This document shows, piece by piece, positions 53,384 to 64,000 of a stretch of 64,000 nt of DNA. The notes below the pieces were generated by a model, which was not told the origin of the DNA, ran no database searches, and saw only the letters and a list, made by a program, of their open reading frames with translations. The DNA lies in NCBI GenBank assembly GCA_964057225.1, contig OZ059899.1, positions 5,828,001 to 5,892,000 on the forward strand. The letters run 5' to 3'. This stretch comes from Auanema rhodensis. Lineage: Eukaryota > Animalia > Nematoda. The translations under genes and the position numbers were made by a program. The first letter of the stretch is position 1; every line of letters begins with the position of its first letter.

Positions 53384-54271
53384 TTAAACAGCATTACGAC
53401 CATTTCTCTCTCTTTTATAATTAACAAAGTTAGTAGCAGCAGGTGGACGGAAAATAGCTATTTTTTCTGCTATCTTTTGGCTAGTACTTTTATCATTCAA
53501 CAAGTTTGACTCGTCTGTTCTAGTCTAAAACTATCTTAATTATATTAGGTAAAAATTTATCTTACATACCCTTTGAATAGTTAATTTATAAACAAGTCCA
53601 TTACCATCCACTGATAATACAGAATATCCGTCGTACCAGCTTAGCTATAAAAGGGTAATTAAAAAATAAGACGTAAAATATCAACTTACGTTGTTTAACC
53701 TGTACTCTCTACGGAATAACTTGAAGTTGCTGAACAAATGAGGAAAAGTTACATATTTTATTCTCCACCGACATCGTACAGTCCCATCCTCTACCATTGG
53801 TATCACTGATACGGGCTAAATGATCATATACTAAAGAAAGATTACAGCTCGCATTATACCTCCATTTCAATATGAGGAAACGCGAATTGGCCCATCACAC
53901 CTATTTTACCAAAATGATCCACTAATTGATCAATTCCTCTGTAGTAATAATAATAATAATAATAATAAATATTTAATTTATGCATGCCTTTTTTCGATCA
54001 TAAATATTTGATCAATACAGACAACATCTTTCCTATAAAAAGTAAAATCCATCCGTTGTCTAAATAGTTGAGGAAGCTTAAACATCATACAGTAATGAAA
54101 TAAACTCTATAAATTAAGACCTACTGTGTCCTCTAGTCGTTGACGAATATGATCTAGCTGTTCCGGTAATGGTTTCTCATGAGAAAAATCTATGTCCGAT
54201 GAGTGCATTCGGTAACTAAAGCCAATTCTCGATGAACAAGCAATTCCCCTTAGAACACAAGGCGAGAGCAT
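53384..54271 (-). CDS. C6orf136/DUF2358-like protein, paralog B, with predicted mitochondrial presequence
   Basis: MLSPCVLRGIACSSRIGFSYRMHSS...EQLDHIRQRLEDTLPQLFRQRMDFTFYRKDVVCID...EDGTVRCRWRI...WYDGYSVLSVDGNGLVYK. The motifs LPxLF...YxxDVxF, DGTVRxRWRI and YDxxSxFxVxxxGLI match C6orf136. Confidence 0.85.
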
Positions 54272-54428
54272 CTACAATGAACAATTGAAAACATTCAAGA
54301 AACAACTTATGATATTCTATAGGAAACACCTATTATCAAACTTAAAAATAATAATAAATATTTTTTTATAAAACATTTGGATAAATCTAAAGATATCTAA
54401 CACTATAAACAATTCAACAGTAAAAATT

Positions 54429-55407
54429 TTACATCATTTCATTGAGTTCTTTTCTTAATTTTTTTTCCTCTTCTTTCTCTAAAAATTTTCTTTGTTCATC
54501 TTTTATTTTTTCCATAGCACGAGCTCCTTCTCTATCTGATGCCGTAATCTAAACAGGAACGAATAAAACAATAATAACTGAATAAATTAACTTTTCTATT
54601 CACGATTTTATAGATGTATCCATCCGGAGTTAAATAAATGTCTAAAGCACCTTCAGAAACATTAATTGTAGGCTGAAAGAAGAAGAGATAATTTTGAAAC
54701 AGATGAAACTATTTTACCTCTTTCTTAGTAATAAAAGATGGGAAATAGGAAACAAAACTCGATTCCAATGTAGACAACCTCCACAGCAACACTATCACAT
54801 TTTCGCCTTCATAAACGCAAGAACCAATTCTCTTAAATGCAACATATAAGTAAAAATAAAATACAAAATCTTACTTCCACTTTGTTATACGGAGACAAGT
54901 ATCTGAAATACATCCGTAATTTCGCAATATGATAAGCAAGCTGTGATCGTTGTCTCAAGTCATAGTTATATAATTTGTCTTCAAAGCATACATCATCTTT
55001 GCATATATCAAAAAATGCTTTCAAGCGCGATTTTAAAATTCCAGGTGTCTAAAATAAGAATATCTACGAAAATTAAAAACATTGGCTTCTTACTAAATGT
55101 TCTAGCATCCAATCTACCCTAAGTAATGTCTCTTTTGTTGGGACAACTTTTGAATTGTTGCTAACTATCTCATTACCCAATTGAGTGACTGGTTGAGTAG
55201 TGGAAGAAGAAGATAACATGCGGGCATTTTGAGAGATCCCTAAACTAAAATATTTATATACAAGTATTTCAAAAAGAAAAACTCGAATAAATTTAAAGAT
55301 CAAAGTTGCGAACCTTGTGAAAATTGCTGCTGTGCTAAATAAGATGAAGCTCTTTGAGCCGTTTCAAGAGATCTAAGCAACCTTAGTGATCTTGATAAAA
55401 AAGACAT
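54429..55407 (-). CDS. Divergent C6orf136/DUF2358-like protein, paralog A, with predicted mitochondrial presequence
   Basis: Presequence MSFLSRSLRLLRSLETAQRASS. CKDDVCFEDK, ENVIVLLWRL and EGALDIYLTPDGYIYKIVNRK occupy the same positions as the motifs of paralog B. Charged C-terminus; stop at 54429-54431. Confidence 0.7.
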
Positions 55408-56315
55408 ACTATGTAAATTACAATTAGTAAAATTCCTAGTTAAATATGCTTTCCAAAGTAAAAATTTGGAAAAAAAAATTAAAACCAACGTAAACTCTGT
55501 AATGTGTAAACGTTAAGCAGAGATTGTAAACTGAATAGCTCGTTGGACAGAATCCAGCACACTTATGCAGTAGGGCCTTGGCGCCATTATCAAGAACACT
55601 TCACATTTGTTTTAACGATGAAATAGGAAAAAAGGCAGTTTAGGCAAGCCAAGGAAAAGTGATAACAATCCACACAAATATATTTTGATTCAAAATATTA
55701 ATAATAGCACTAGAAATGGAAAGCTTCATCGATTTTGATGCAATAATCTTGTTACTCCAGTGTATGCGGAAAAATGTTGTAAGGAATTGCATCCCTGATA
55801 AAATAAAGGTTTATATTCAACTTTGTCGACTGATCTTATGGTCTTTGTAGTTTAAAATCTGTTACTTGTTTATAATCTATCCGGCGCTAACTTATCTTAT
55901 TATAGTAAGAATTCTCATTGATCTGTGGAATCCTGCTGCTCCTCAACTTGCCCTTTGCATTTAGTCTATGAATTGCTCGCCGCGTTTTGCTCCACTTGCA
56001 ATCTCGTTCAATTTATTCTTAGAACTCTGTGAAATAGAAATATTACATGCAGCTGTTTTTCTGCTGGTTTTTTGTAATTTTTTGTTTCATCTATCTTCTT
56101 TGGTTGAAAGGTTCTTTGATCAAGATATGCCAACCTATTGATGAAAGTAGAACAGCTGCGGCTGGTCTTAAGAGAAGCTACCCACCGTTGGCCCACTAAC
56201 ACTGTTTGTTCTTTATCTTTCTTCTTCTGTTTCAACATTTTGTCTTGTTTTCTTCTTTAAGTTTACTTGAAATATATCAGTATATCCTAAGTTTTGAACC
56301 ATTTTTCTCTCAGCC

Positions 56316-57619
56316 ATGTCTACTGCCTGGGTTACCCTCGCTACCACTGATGATTACGCTCGTGGAGCACTTGTTCTTGCCCATTCTTTGAAAAGTACTC
56401 AAACTAGCCACAAGTTACATTGTCTTGTTTCTACAAATGTGAGTGAATGAAATTAATTTTATTTCATAATCCAACTTATGATTAATCAACCAATATATCA
56501 TAATTTAAAAAATTCATTTTAAGATTTCTGGATATGTTAAAGCAGAGTTAGAAGCTCAATTTGATTCTGTCACTGTTGTTGATGTTTTGAACAGTAATGA
56601 CCAGGTTTCGGAATTTTTTTATATATTAACATCGTGAAGTTTCTAGGTGAATTTGGCTCTCATTGGTAGACCGGATCTCGGTGTAACATTCACGAAATTG
56701 CACTGCTGGAAATTGACACAATATAGCAAATGTGTTTTTCTCGATGCTGACACTCTGGTTTGTTTCATAAGAGTTTAGTTTTTGTTATATTTTGGTTTTA
56801 GGTACTTCATAACTGCGATGAACTCTTCGAGCATCCAGAGATTTCAGCTGTTGCTGATATTGGATGGCCAGACTGTTTTAATTCTGGTGTTTTTGTTTTT
56901 GTTCCTAGCAGCACAACCTATGGTACGTTTTACAAGCAATAGCTAAAAAAAAAGAAAATTGAAGAAAATCTTGTTGACTTGGCATTAACTTCCGGATCAT
57001 ATGATGGAGGTGATCAAGGCTTACTTAATAAGTATTTCTCAAACTGGCGGGATCTTCCCTCAAATCATCGTCTTCCTTTTATCTATAACATGACGGCTGG
57101 AGCATTCTATTCTTATCCTGCTGCTTATAAACAGTACGAATTGTGTGAAAATTTATTATTGTTTCTTTACGAATTATTTTTCAGATATGGCAAGCAAACC
57201 AAAATAGTTCATTTTATCGGATCCAAAAAGCCATGGCATCATCTTGGATCTGGACACCAGAGTGAGCATCTTGGTGCATGGAACACTATTTACCGAAGCA
57301 AGGTTGAACCTACCATCCAATCCCAGGTATTTTTTGAATTTATTTTTGTTTTCCTTAACATTTTGCTGTGTTATTGCTATTAACAACTCTGTGTTTACAG
57401 CACAGTAATTCAGCGTGTTTAACCGATTTGAGTGCACCTACTTCTTATCATCCGGTTTGAGCTACAAGTTAATTTTTTTTCAATTTCGGATTATTTGTTT
57501 AGGAACCGGCTCCTTCACAGGCTGACCGAATGAGAGCTTGGGAAGCAGGACAGCCTGATTACTTGGGTCGCGATGCATTCGTCCACATTAAGGAAGCTCT
57601 TGATAAGGCTTTGGAATAA
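56316..57619 (+). CDS. gyg-1: Glycogenin (GT8)
   Basis: [82 protein letters not shown] and the glycogen-synthase-binding tail [24 protein letters not shown]. The gyg-1 versus gyg-2 assignment is uncertain. Confidence 0.95.
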
Positions 57620-58733
57620 AAAATGTTTATTCTTTGTTATCATGGAATCAAAGTAACAGATTTATCTTAAAAGTTTTATGCGGAATGTTTTATATGCGAT
57701 GATATTTTAATATAATAATTACAACGATGATTATAATAATGGAAATATTGTTTCATTATTACTTTTCTATATTGTTTTATTGTTTTTTTTTTAATAAACA
57801 AGTTTTAAATGATGAATTTTGAACTTCACGGGATCAATTTTCAATAGCTTTGTTCGGTATCGTAAGGACGCTCAATAGTATGCCGGTTGATACTCTGAGG
57901 TCTCTTGACTAGTGTGGTCTCTCATATGAACAATTTGAACGCTAATAATGGCGGGAAACGCCAGACCCTCTTTGATTTGAATATAAGATCGCTGACCCTC
58001 CTTTTTTTATCTTAAAACTATTATAATTATATGTATTATAAGCATATGTATTATAACATGTTTAACTACAAGTTGAGTTTTTGAAAACTTGAGTTCTTTA
58101 TAGGTTTATTTAAGTTCACATGAAGCTTTGAGTGAGACCTGTTATTTTCCAGCTGCGAATGACCTCGATATGGATCTGAACTTCCTTGGTCATTCTGTTC
58201 ATTTCTTTAGAAGCCTGAAAGATTTATTGCTTCACATGAGAACTTAAATTAAGAACTCCTATCATAAAATTATTTTTTGGAAAAATATTACATGACGGCG
58301 TCCCATCATAAATCGGCTCGGATCTCTAATGAGCTCTGGGTCACACCGTGACCCTTCCCATCTTAACACAAATAGGTATATTGTTTTGGCTATCGATTTT
58401 TCTCATCAAATGCCATTCCTCAGTTCACCTATAGCAATGCATAGGCAGTTTAATCATGCATTGTTTTGTTAATTAGTGTATCCAATGATGCGCTTTTTAT
58501 AAAAAAAGTTTTATATTTGCTAGTCTTTCTCCTTTCTATATCTTATAGTATCCATCAAATCATTTTACCGTCCTCCGAAGAGGATAAGCAAATAGTTTAT
58601 CTCGTGCTATCATGTCAATCTTGTTTCTATATTCTTTTTTTTCTCGCTTATATCATTTTGCCGATTCTATCAACGCTCTTCAGTAGCTTTCTTTCACTAT
58701 TCTTACAGTGACTAATATATTTTTGATTGCAGC

Positions 58734-61700
58734 ATGTATCGCATGAAAAATAAGCAGTATAGTTCCAAATATTCACGATATGATGTGCCTGGTTATGAAG
58801 CAGAAACAGGTATTTCTCTCATAATTGATATAGTATTTTAATATATAAAATTAAAGATTCGTCGGATGAAGATAATGACTCTGATAGTGGTGACAGTGAG
58901 CCTTGTATTCGACCCACACTTAAATCTTCCAGAGTTACCGACCGAAGGTATAGAGATCATAGGTATAGTATTAAAACCTTTTTTATTAACTTTGCTTTTT
59001 CGTTAAGATCACTTCGTCCTACCTTAGGCGTTGCAGCTCGAAACAGGCTTCGGTCACAACCTATCGATGCATATTCTTCTACCACCTATTCTTCATCTAA
59101 CCTTGAAACCACAACTGAAACTAATGAGGCATGTCGTTAACGAGGTTTTAAAATAAAATGATAGTTTATAGACTGACCCAAGTGACCTTTACACACCCAT
59201 TCCTTATAATAGAAGCAGAAGATCACCAGCTCGTCATTTATTAATGAATGAGGTAGTTATTTTATTCATACTGATAAATTATATCAATCTACTTTAAGGA
59301 TATATCACCTGTTCGGCCTGATCATCAATTTGTTGCACCATCTGTGCCAGCTTTAATAAAAAGAAATTTTCAACCTACTTTAACCTCTACAACAACTTCT
59401 ATGCATGTGAGTTTCTGGTGTCAATGTTGCATACTTATTGTAATTCAGAAAATTTTCCCCTTACCTAAAACTAACCCTCGATTAGGAGGTGGAATGGTTT
59501 GTTCTACTCCTCGATCTTCTACTAGTGGTCGTGGTCCATTTTTCCCTCTAACCACATCGTATGCTCAAGCCCTTAATATGGAAAAACAGAGACCTAAGTC
59601 TTATTATGGAACAGAAGTATTATAGTATTTTAAATCTGAAAAGCAATTTGATTGTTTCAGGAGACCCCTTCTTTCTGGGATAATACTCGAGCTGCGTCGC
59701 TTCGTTCTATTCCCGATACTGTGAACTCAGGCTACTATAGACCTGAGAATTTTGGATTGCATGCAGCTTATGCTAAAAATAGAAATACAAAAGGTAAACA
59801 CAATTGTTACAACTCTTATCTAATTTTTTGTTCAGGAATTATGTTCTTAACAATGACAATGTGTGGCAATATGCTAACTGTAGCTATTCACAATGCTGTA
59901 TACTTTTTGGAATCAGGACCTTCTGTGTGTTCATTCGTACAGGTAATGTTAGTTCATGATCTTGAAAAGAACAAGAGGAACACTTCAAGAAAAATAAGTA
60001 AACTGTATAGAATTCTGTTAATTATTTGGATGTTTCCTTCTTTCCTTCTTTCATTCATCAAATGAAATCTATAAAATATGATTCAGGCAGAGCTTCGTAC
60101 AAGAGAAAAAGAAGATAAACAGGAACATAGAAAGCGCCACTACCATCATGATCGTCATGAACGACATGAGCATTCTCAACAATCAAATAAAGACAAACAA
60201 TGCTTCAGAACTGACTTAGTTCCATCAACTAATAAGCCGGAATTTAAAACAGTTTTTCAATTGTATAGTCTACTTCTAAGTTATATTTTCACTTATATAC
60301 GTTTCAGCCAATTGAATGCTCGCCGAAGAGCCTCCCTTTTCATTTGTGTGTGGGCCATGAGCGCTGAACATGCTGGGTAATGTGAAACAGTAACTACTCT
60401 TATGATGTCATTATTTATAGATTTAATATTAATAAGAAAAAGATGCTCGGATGTATGACCTTCCCAATTTCCAGACTACTGGCCAAAGCTCGTAAATGTG
60501 TAAGTACAGTATAATAAATAGAAGTATCTGAGCAAACATAAGGCTGAAAAGTCTTTGTTTTCCTCACATATATTGCATTTTTTTGGCGGGAAGATGAGGA
60601 AGCTCAATGACGTCATAAATGCAAATCTCAATTTAAATGATCAATCGATTGATTTCAGACATCAACTTGTTTCGAAGACGAAAATATGTCAATTGAAGAA
60701 GTTGTAGTAAGAAAGTTGCTTTTATTGTTTAATGGTATTATTTATTCAGGTTAATGATGGAGGATTTTTCCTTCTTGACGATAAAGATGGCCAACGTACT
60801 AATATGCCACAACATAAAGTTTGTTGATTTAGAGCCAATGTGAGAATGTTGTCTCTTTTCAGATTAATAAAGCCGAGTTTTATGATGACCCCGCGTTGAG
60901 TGGAAGCTGTGCTCTCACCACGGCCAGCTACTCATCCAGCAATCTGACTTCACAGGTGCGTTGTACTTTTCTTTTCTCTGTTCACCATAGTTTCAACCAC
61001 TCCAGTTTTCTAACTAAACGTTAAAATAATTATGTTCACGTAGATAAGGCTTATTTTGTCCTTTATTATGCTATTAAACTCCCACTATGAGTTGACCACA
61101 CTTGTGTTTTCTTATCTATGCCGTTCGAAGCTTATTGATTTCTGCATGCGATTAACCTTATTTCTCTTTGAATACTTACAATGAGCGGTCATGTATATAA
61201 TGTGAGTTTCCGTTTTCTTCTTTTTTGACTAAGACGGATTAAAATGTTATGCTTCATGATTTTTCTGTTTCTCATATCCTTGTTGTGAAAGTTTAGCTTG
61301 ATTATCAAAATTGGCAATACGTTGTCGTTCTTCTACTTCATTGTCTTCTTTGCTAATTACATGTTATTCCATCGTTTGAAAAAAAACTTTTTCTAATCTT
61401 ACTCACAGGACTTTTCTGCAACATTTTTAGCATTTCTCTCTCAAATATATGCTAACTCTTCTCTTGTTCTTTATTATATATTCTAATTTGAGATTTATCT
61501 ATGAGGTCATTGTCCAATCAGACTGTTATGTAACTTACCGAACCTCTGTCTATTTATTACGCAATATGAATATCCATGCCAGTTGTGTGTTAGTTAAGTT
61601 GGTAGTATACATTTACTCACATCTCCTTTTCTTTGTGCTAACTTATTTGTGTAACCGATATGCTACTTGTGCATCCAGTAACTTTTCATTTTTCTGTGTA

Positions 61701-64000
61701 TATCGGTTTTACTTTTTTTCCATATTTCATGTTGTCGATTGACCACTCAAGTTTTATTCGATTTTTTTGTCCTATCGCTACTCTAATTATTCTATTTTCC
61801 CATATTCCTATAACTTATATTATAATAGTATCTTATATTTTCGAATAGTATCAATCAGTCACCACTTTGTGTGTAATTGAGTGAATTCATATTCTGGCTT
61901 TGAAATTTAGAAAAAAAAATCACAGCTGGTGATATCACATTTCAAGCTTCAGACCTGATAACTTTCTTGTTTCGTTCAGTGTTGAAGAAATATATTTCAT
62001 TCTAGTGATTTAGATGCCAATGGAAGAGTTTGCCAAAGCTTCTAGAGCGTTTGGTTCATCTCTATTGCCTGGCGGGTATTCTTCAGTAAGTTTTTAAAAT
62101 TTTCCTTTTCAAAACTTCTCATGTATTCCTATTTTTTAATCGTTCTTTTAAAACGGATTTCCATTTAGGCCGATGACGTGAGAGTGCATGATTACACATC
62201 TGCCTCTAGTTCATCTAATTCACGAGATGCTAGTGAATTCGGCTATCACGGACAGCATCGAGCAACATTACCTTGTGTCCTTAATGCTCCAAGCATTACA
62301 ACGACTAGTGAGTTTTTTTTGCAAATTTTCACGGTTTCATAACTGAGTACTGCTTCTCTCACTTCCTGTTATTATGTTTTTGTTTCTTGGCAACTTCTAA
62401 CCGTTTATTGTACCTGAGACAATCCTTTAACCATCTTTGATCGGGAGTATGTTTTTTGTTTCCTTGTTATCAGCTTTTTTTTTGTGCTATTTTTAGCTAC
62501 AGCTTCATGAATGGTGTTTGCTATGGCCGTTTTAATTTATGGTTTTTTAAGACATTTAGTATGAACCATTTGCTGTGATCTGACCTCACTTTCTACTGCT
62601 ATTCGCATTTCTATAATAAGTACGCTTTATTAGTCTTTGTCTTTTGCATATTCACACATTTCTTCCAAATGCGGTAATTATCTTTGTTTCATCCCATCGA
62701 TAATTATCGGTTTTCTGCTCAACCCAGATATTTTATCGTTCTATAATCCTTGCATACATATTACCCAGTTTGCTCATTTTTATCATCTAGCTCACCATGA
62801 CCAAGTTTGACAAGTATTTGTTCAATAATCAATTCGTTTTTGGATTATTTACCACTGTCAAAATTATGGATGTTGCCCTTCTATCAACACCTCCTCGTGG
62901 TTTTGCGCGCACATTCTCCACTAGAATAGTTGGCAGACATAATTCATTTGATTCCCATGTTCGACGTTTCCGTTTAACATCTGTGAAGGAAATAGATGAT
63001 ACTCCTTCTGAATGTTAGTGGTAATTCCTTATTTAAAAGCAGTGGAGAAGCGTACACAGTCATTACTATCTCTAAAATACGATGTTGTGTTCACATTCAA
63101 TATTAATCCTTTAGGTGACACTACTGCCTCCGAACATGATGTGTTTGGTGGGCCATCCAAGCCTGATTACCATTACTTATACGTAGATAATAATGAAAAT
63201 GATAGTGAACTCAAATTTGATACTAAGGTAAGTCGATTGATGGGAATTTAATATAGGTGACTTGAAAAATAATTTTTAGCAAAAAGATGTAGGCGTTCGA
63301 AGAGCAGCTTCGTTCACGTTTTCTCCAAGAGGTGCTGCAGAAAAACACAACAAACGCCCGGTTCAAGTAAAGCAGAAAGAAGAAGAAAAGGAAAAACGGA
63401 AATTGCGGTTAGTTTCATTATCTTAGTCCATTTCTTGGGTCAACAGCGTTTTGCTGTTCTTTTAAAATTTATATGTCATGCTCTTTTGCACTCTTTTACT
63501 TCTTTAAACCTGGGTTCACTCATCATTTTGCTGTTGCTTGGCTAACTCAGCTTAGTTGTCTTTTTATTTACTCATGAGCCACGATTTGATTTTTGCTTTG
63601 TCGTCTTCTCATTGGGAATATTGGCTAAGGTGTTGGTTTACAGTACGAATGCTACACTACACTTCAGAGGATGGGATATTTAATTATAATTTTTAAAACT
63701 TAGAGAGCTTTATTAAGTTTAAGGGATTTTGATTTATTGATATCATTATGCGTATACTCTTTGTACTTCACAGAATGGTCGGGAAATGTATTAGTATCTG
63801 CTTTTGTACTAACTTAACAACTATCTGGTAGTAACCTTTCTGAGGTTTCTAGCAACCCTGGAAAAACTAATTTAATTCTGTATTCGATTTTCTACACCCT
63901 TCCGAAATATCGAGATGTGATAATGTCTGCGGTCCCGTAAACATTTGATTTACTTCAATAATGGGTTTTTGTATGCTTTCTTATTCGCAGTGGTCTACGG
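58734..64000 (+). CDS. rgs-7: C2-domain RGS protein (RGS-7 / RGS3-like), 5' part; RGS box expected beyond the window
   Basis: Long Ser/Pro/Arg-rich N-terminus, then an RGS3-type C2 domain (LTVAIHNA, CSFVQAEL, FRTDLVPSTNKPEFKTVFQF, LFICVW, MLGCMTFPI, GGFFLLDDKDG), then RRAASFTFSP. The last clear exon ends at 63407. No RGS box is visible, so the symbol is inferred. Confidence 0.72.
62797..63013 (+). CDS. rgs-7: Alternative first exon of the rgs-7-like gene (C2-less isoform)
   Basis: CTAG acceptor at 62790, ATG at 62797 and a 72-codon ORF ending GAA T|GTTAGT (phase 1), in frame with exon 63115-63227. It cannot be a cassette exon because splicing from donor 62307 reaches TGA. Confidence 0.6.

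Larger units (their letters stand above)
50349..55407 (-). other. Putative four-gene polycistronic operon (DUF2358-A, DUF2358-B, ucr-2, ppfr-2)
   Basis: All four genes are on the same strand with stop-to-ATG gaps of ~157, ~232 and ~155 bp. Each ATG sits at or just after an AG acceptor, as expected for trans-splicing. Confidence 0.6.

Noticed and set aside
55495-55610. H/ACA snoRNA-like boxes (ACAGAA ... ACATTT)
   Set aside because: Could not fold the two required hairpins by eye.
1-64000. Prokaryotic systems (CRISPR arrays, defence operons), rRNA, intact transposase or reverse transcriptase
   Set aside because: The sequence is intron-rich nematode DNA with no repeat-spacer array, rRNA-like block or long intronless ORF.

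Overview
This window is AT-rich eukaryotic genomic DNA from a nematode, most likely a rhabditid (clade V-like). Genes are split by many ~40-55 nt introns, so the ORF track shows only fragments and all gene models below were spliced by hand. Gene order: 3' part of snx-17 (+); a four-TM nematode membrane protein (-); a cluster of Maverick/Polinton-like relics at 7.2-9.1 kb; a C-type-lectin-like, probably GPI-anchored protein (+); ~8.5 kb non-coding; flp-18 neuropeptide precursor with nine PGVLRFamide copies (+); a FER/FES-type SH2 tyrosine kinase (-); an FBXO39-like F-box/LRR protein (+); an S10 serine carboxypeptidase with a Ser/Thr tail (-); dgk-1 (DGK-theta) with alternative terminal exons (-); an operon-like run of two C6orf136/DUF2358-like genes, ucr-2 and ppfr-2 (-); glycogenin (+); and the 5' part of a C2-domain rgs-7-like gene (+). 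The most notable observation is the Maverick-like cluster: a 495-bp element with ~80-bp terminal inverted repeats (TIRs), AGT-repeat ends and a 6-bp target-site duplication (TSD), next to a diverged copy of the same terminus and an adenain-like protease fragment. Family assignments come from recognised motifs, not database searches. No rRNA, convincing tRNA or CRISPR array was seen.
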